The notes under the pieces are model-generated. The model was not told where the DNA came from, searched no databases, and saw nothing but the letters and a program-made list of their open reading frames with translations. The translations under genes were made by a program, and so were the position numbers. Shown in pieces: positions 27,233-30,298 of a DNA stretch of 30,298 bases. Every line of letters begins with the position of its first letter. Positions within the stretch are counted from its first letter, which is position 1. This DNA comes from Desulfobacterales bacterium (GTDB lineage Bacteria > Desulfobacterota > Desulfobacteria > Desulfobacterales > JAHEIW01), in NCBI GenBank assembly GCA_020348305.1, contig CP070746.1:2507788-2538085 (forward strand), in the 5' to 3' direction.

Positions 27233-27273
27233 AAAAAAAGGGATCTAAATGCAATCAGATCCCTTAATTTTTT
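27233..27273. terminator. Bidirectional rho-independent terminator (mainly terminating the minus-strand sigma-54 activator gene)
   Basis: Stem GGGATCT...AGATCCC (7 bp, 10-nt loop) is flanked by AAAAAAA on one side and TTAATTTTTT on the other. On the minus strand it reads AAGGGATCTGATTGCATTTAGATCCCTTTTTTT. Confidence 0.55.
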
Positions 27274-27463
27274 GGCTCAACACTGATCATCGCCATAGCT
27301 TCAATTCTTCAAATCTCGATTTCGCTAGTGTTGCAGTTTTAGTTCTTAGGCTTCGTATATTCTGGGTATGGGTTTGTCAAGATTTTTTTGTCCGTGATTC
27401 CCGTGCTTAGCGACTATTTTTCAGGAATAGAATCGGTCGCTTTTGGTCACGCAGTGTTAGCGT

Positions 27464-28987
27464 TTAACGATAAAGACGATAATCCACCCCATACTTTTGG
27501 GCCTTATAGGCGAACTTGCGGACGGTGGTCTGTAATATTTTGGCCGCCATGCTAGTATTGCCGCGGGTGTTTTTGAGCGCATCGATGATCATTTCCCTTT
27601 CCAAGCTGACTACGGCATCCTCCAGTGACATCGCCGGAACCGTATCGGATTCTTTACCGGTTTGCAGCGTCGGCGGCAAATGGTAGCTGTGAATCACTCC
27701 CTCTTCGCATAACAGCACGGCGCGCTCGATACAGTTTTCGAGTTCTCTCACATTTCCCGGCCAATGGTATTCCATCATCATGTCGATGGCCGGCGTGGAG
27801 AACCTTCGGATGTCTTTGTGATTTTCCTCGACATATTTTTCCAAGAAATAATCGGCCAGCAGCAATATATCGGTTTTGCGCTCTCTGAGTGGCGGCAGAT
27901 AGATGGGAAAAACATTCAAGCGGTAATACAAATCGCCCCGGAAGGTCTCTTCTTCAACAGCTTCCTCGAGATTTTTGTTGGTTGCGGCAATGATGCGAAC
28001 GTCTGTTTTGAGGGTTCTGTGGCCGCCGACGCGTTCAAATTCCTTTTCCTGGAGGATGCGCAGTAGGTTGGCCTGCACATCCAGACCCAGGGATCCGATT
28101 TCATCCAGAAATAGGGTTCCCTTATGGGCCAGTTCAAATTTTCCGATCTTCTGCTTGATAGCCCCCGTGAAGGCACCTTTTTCATGTCCGAACAACTCGC
28201 TCTCAATCAGCGTGGCGGGCAGCGCCGCGCAGTTCACTTTGACAAACGGGTTTTTGGCGCGCTGGCTGTTGTAGTGAATGGAGTTTGCCACAAGCTCTTT
28301 GCCGGTACCGCTCTCGCCGCGAATCAGCACGGTCGCATTGCTTCCGGAAACCTGAGAGATCATTTGAAAGACCTCTCGCATCTTGTTGCTGTTTCCAATG
28401 ATGTTGCTGATACTGTATTTGCCTTTCAGCACATTCTGCAGTCTGCGATTTTCCTCCCGTAAGCGTTCTTTTTCCATGCGAATGGTTTCCAGTTTGATGA
28501 CCTGACTGGCAATCATCGTGGCAATCACAGACAAAAGCTTTTCGCCATCCTTCAGGGAGTATGATTCATCAAACGGCTTATCCACACTCAAGGCACCGAT
28601 TACCTGTTTGCCTTTTTTTACGGGAACACAGATAAAGGAAAGATCCTGATCCTTCTTTTTTTTTCTGGAGCCGGTGCGGTCCAGAAAAAGCGGCTCCTCG
28701 CTAATTTTTGGAATGGCCACCGCCTTTCCGGTCTCAACGACCCGGCCGGTGATGCCCTCCCCGAGCTTGTACGTCACGCGCTCCATGGCACTGCGGTTCA
28801 AACCGTGGGCAACTTCAATGTTTATCTCGTTGCGCACCGGATTTAAAATTGTTATAGTTCCCCGGACCATGTTCATTAAGTTGGAAAGGATATCCAACAC
28901 CTTGTACAATGACTTTTTGAGATCCAGGTGCTCATTGAGTGCTTTGGTGATTTCGTACAACAACGTGACTTCTTCAATGGGTTTCAT
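27464..28987 (-). CDS. Sigma-54-dependent transcriptional activator with N-terminal GAF domain (NifA-like)
   Basis: 507-aa ORF. It has an N-terminal GAF-like region; an AAA+ sigma-54 interaction domain with Walker A (GESGTGKE), the GAFTGA motif (HEKGAFTGA) and the arginine finger region (...YRLNVFPI...); and a C-terminal Fis-type HTH ([27 protein letters not shown]). No receiver domain is present. Confidence 0.85.
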   Translation of the reverse strand: MKPIEEVTLLYEITKALNEHLDLKKSLYKVLDILSNLMNMVRGTITILNPVRNEINIEVAHGLNRSAMERVTYKLGEGITGRVVETGKAVAIPKISEEPLFLDRTGSRKKKKDQDLSFICVPVKKGKQVIGALSVDKPFDESYSLKDGEKLLSVIATMIASQVIKLETIRMEKERLREENRRLQNVLKGKYSISNIIGNSNKMREVFQMISQVSGSNATVLIRGESGTGKELVANSIHYNSQRAKNPFVKVNCAALPATLIESELFGHEKGAFTGAIKQKIGKFELAHKGTLFLDEIGSLGLDVQANLLRILQEKEFERVGGHRTLKTDVRIIAATNKNLEEAVEEETFRGDLYYRLNVFPIYLPPLRERKTDILLLADYFLEKYVEENHKDIRRFSTPAIDMMMEYHWPGNVRELENCIERAVLLCEEGVIHSYHLPPTLQTGKESDTVPAMSLEDAVVSLEREMIIDALKNTRGNTSMAAKILQTTVRKFAYKAQKYGVDYRLYR

Positions 28988-29155
28988 GACTAAAATTTAT
29001 ATTCAAAAATTTTCGAGACGATCAGTTACGAATTTGTCGAGGTATGGTAAAGATAATACAATTTTGTAACAAATTGCAACAAAGTTATTTTAATTCCGCA
29101 TTCGACTCGGCTGAGCTTGTCGCTGGCCGCAATCCGAATTTTGCAATCTTGTATC

Positions 29156-30298
29156 ATGATTTTGCACATCGACATGGATGCTTTTTATGCCTCCGTTGAG
29201 CAGCTGGATAATCCCTGGCTTGAAGGAAAATGTGTGATTGTCGGGGGAACGTCCAACAGAGGCGTGGTCTCGGCTGCAAATTACGAAGCAAGAAAATATG
29301 GTGTCCACTCTGCCATGCCGATATTTCAGGCCAAGCAAAAATGTCCCGACGGAATTTTTATTCCCCCGCGGATGGAACGCTATAAAGAAATATCCAGAAA
29401 AATCATGGCCCTACTCAGGGAGTTTACACCGCTGGTCGAGGTGGTTTCCATTGATGAGGCTTACTTAGATATTAGTGCCAGCACTTTGCTGCACGGCGAT
29501 CCGGAAGATATCGCTCTGCAGATTAAACAAAAAATCAAAGAAACGGTAACCCTCACCTGTTCGGTGGGGGTTGCGCCGATAAAATTTCTTGCGAAAATTG
29601 CCTCGGATTTGGATAAACCGGACGGCCTTACGGTCATATTACCGGATGACGTCCCCCAGTTTATTGATGCACTTCCCATCCAAAAGGTGCCCGGGGTTGG
29701 CAAAAAGACGTTCCAACAGCTGGAATTAATGGCAATCAAAACCTTGGGCGACATCAACAGGTGTCCTCAAAAAACCTTATTGGACCGCCTGGGAAAATTC
29801 GGTAAACGATTAATTGAACTTGCGGCAGGCAGTGATCGATCGAGGGTGACGCCCTACGCCCAGCATAAATCGATCAGCAGCGAGCGCACACTCAGCAGAA
29901 ACACCGACGACAAAAACATATTGAAAGGTTATCTTCTGAAACAGGCGGAAGACGTTGCCAAACACATGAGAAAGGCAGGCGTAAGAGGCCGGACGATTAC
30001 TCTTAAACTGAAACACGCCGATTTCAAACAGGTTACGCGCAGCTCAACGAGCAGCAACACAACCCAGTCTTCCAAAACAATTTTCCAACAAGCGGCAGCA
30101 TTGCTGGATACATACACCCTGACGCAAAAAATACGACTAATCGGTGTGGCCGTATCCGGGTTTACATCCGTAGATACTCCGGTGCAATTGGATCTTTTTG
30201 ATCGTAACACCAACACGGGGAAAAACTGGGAAAAGGTGGATCGAACGGTGGAGAATATCTCCAAAAAATTCGGCCGGGATGCGATCAAACGGGCAACC
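29156..30298 (+). CDS. dinB: DNA polymerase IV (DinB, Y-family), 3' end beyond window
   Basis: Translated by hand, since the track lacks ORFs without an in-window stop. MILHIDMDAFYASVEQLDNPWLEGKCVIVGG...VSIDEAYLDISAS...SVGVAPIKFLAKIASDLDKPDG...IQKVPGVGKKTFQQL... has the canonical DinB palm/finger motifs. The frame is open to the window end. Confidence 0.85.
   Translation, partial: MILHIDMDAFYASVEQLDNPWLEGKCVIVGGTSNRGVVSAANYEARKYGVHSAMPIFQAKQKCPDGIFIPPRMERYKEISRKIMALLREFTPLVEVVSIDEAYLDISASTLLHGDPEDIALQIKQKIKETVTLTCSVGVAPIKFLAKIASDLDKPDGLTVILPDDVPQFIDALPIQKVPGVGKKTFQQLELMAIKTLGDINRCPQKTLLDRLGKFGKRLIELAAGSDRSRVTPYAQHKSISSERTLSRNTDDKNILKGYLLKQAEDVAKHMRKAGVRGRTITLKLKHADFKQVTRSSTSSNTTQSSKTIFQQAAALLDTYTLTQKIRLIGVAVSGFTSVDTPVQLDLFDRNTNTGKNWEKVDRTVENISKKFGRDAIKRAT

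Noticed and set aside
27040-27463. Possible tRNA or small RNA in the 420-bp intergenic region
   Set aside because: No tRNA-like T-arm (GTTCRANYC) or acceptor-stem complementarity. The only strong structure is the bidirectional terminator hairpin at 27233-27273.
29040-29155. Candidate LexA/SOS box upstream of dinB (TTGTAACAAATTGCAACAAAGTTAT)
   Set aside because: I cannot confidently match it to a deltaproteobacterial LexA consensus. It is a direct-repeat-like TTG(T/C)AAC pair rather than a clear palindrome. Left unscored.

Overview
This 30.3-kb window looks like a Desulfobacterales-type (deltaproteobacterial sulfate-reducer) chromosome segment with three parts. Part 1, positions 1-12540, is entirely on the minus strand and is probably one long operon. 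It encodes a fused glutamate-synthase protein (amidotransferase plus GXGXG domains, archaeal type), HdrC, HdrB, a giant HdrA-like 'HdrL' flavoprotein (tandem HdrA modules with an inserted GltD/NfnB-like NAD(P)H domain), MvhD, MetV, a second MvhD, MetF, and the start of a ferredoxin/FMN-type glutamate-synthase subunit that runs off the window edge. Part 2, 12541-18182, is a plus-strand nitrogen-assimilation block. It holds an Lrp/AsnC regulator, a sigma-54 promoter, a C-terminally truncated P-II-like gene joined out of frame to an N-terminally truncated flotillin gene (a deletion scar), GS type I-alpha, a canonical P-II gene (glnB/K), and GS type I-beta. Part 3, 18183-27463, is an AT-richer accessory island. 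It contains a compact IS200-like/RAYT-type Y1 (HUH) transposase element bounded by about 26-bp inverted repeats, a remnant of an IS3-type transposase 3' end, and a teneurin-like polymorphic toxin of about 2260 aa (signal peptide, TTR/FN-plug-like region, NHL propeller, YD shell, RHS core with a DPxGL motif, and an unrecognisable 131-aa C-terminal domain). That toxin gene is followed 14 bp later by a very AT-rich secreted TPR protein, which is a candidate immunity gene. The window ends with a GAF-containing sigma-54-dependent NifA-like activator (minus strand, with a strong bidirectional terminator) and a nearly complete dinB (DNA polymerase IV). The most interesting hypotheses are (i) a complete set of glutamate-synthase domains distributed across the Hdr/MetF flavin-based electron-bifurcation cluster and (ii) the teneurin-like RHS toxin with its TPR immunity candidate. 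No rRNA, tRNA or CRISPR arrays were seen.
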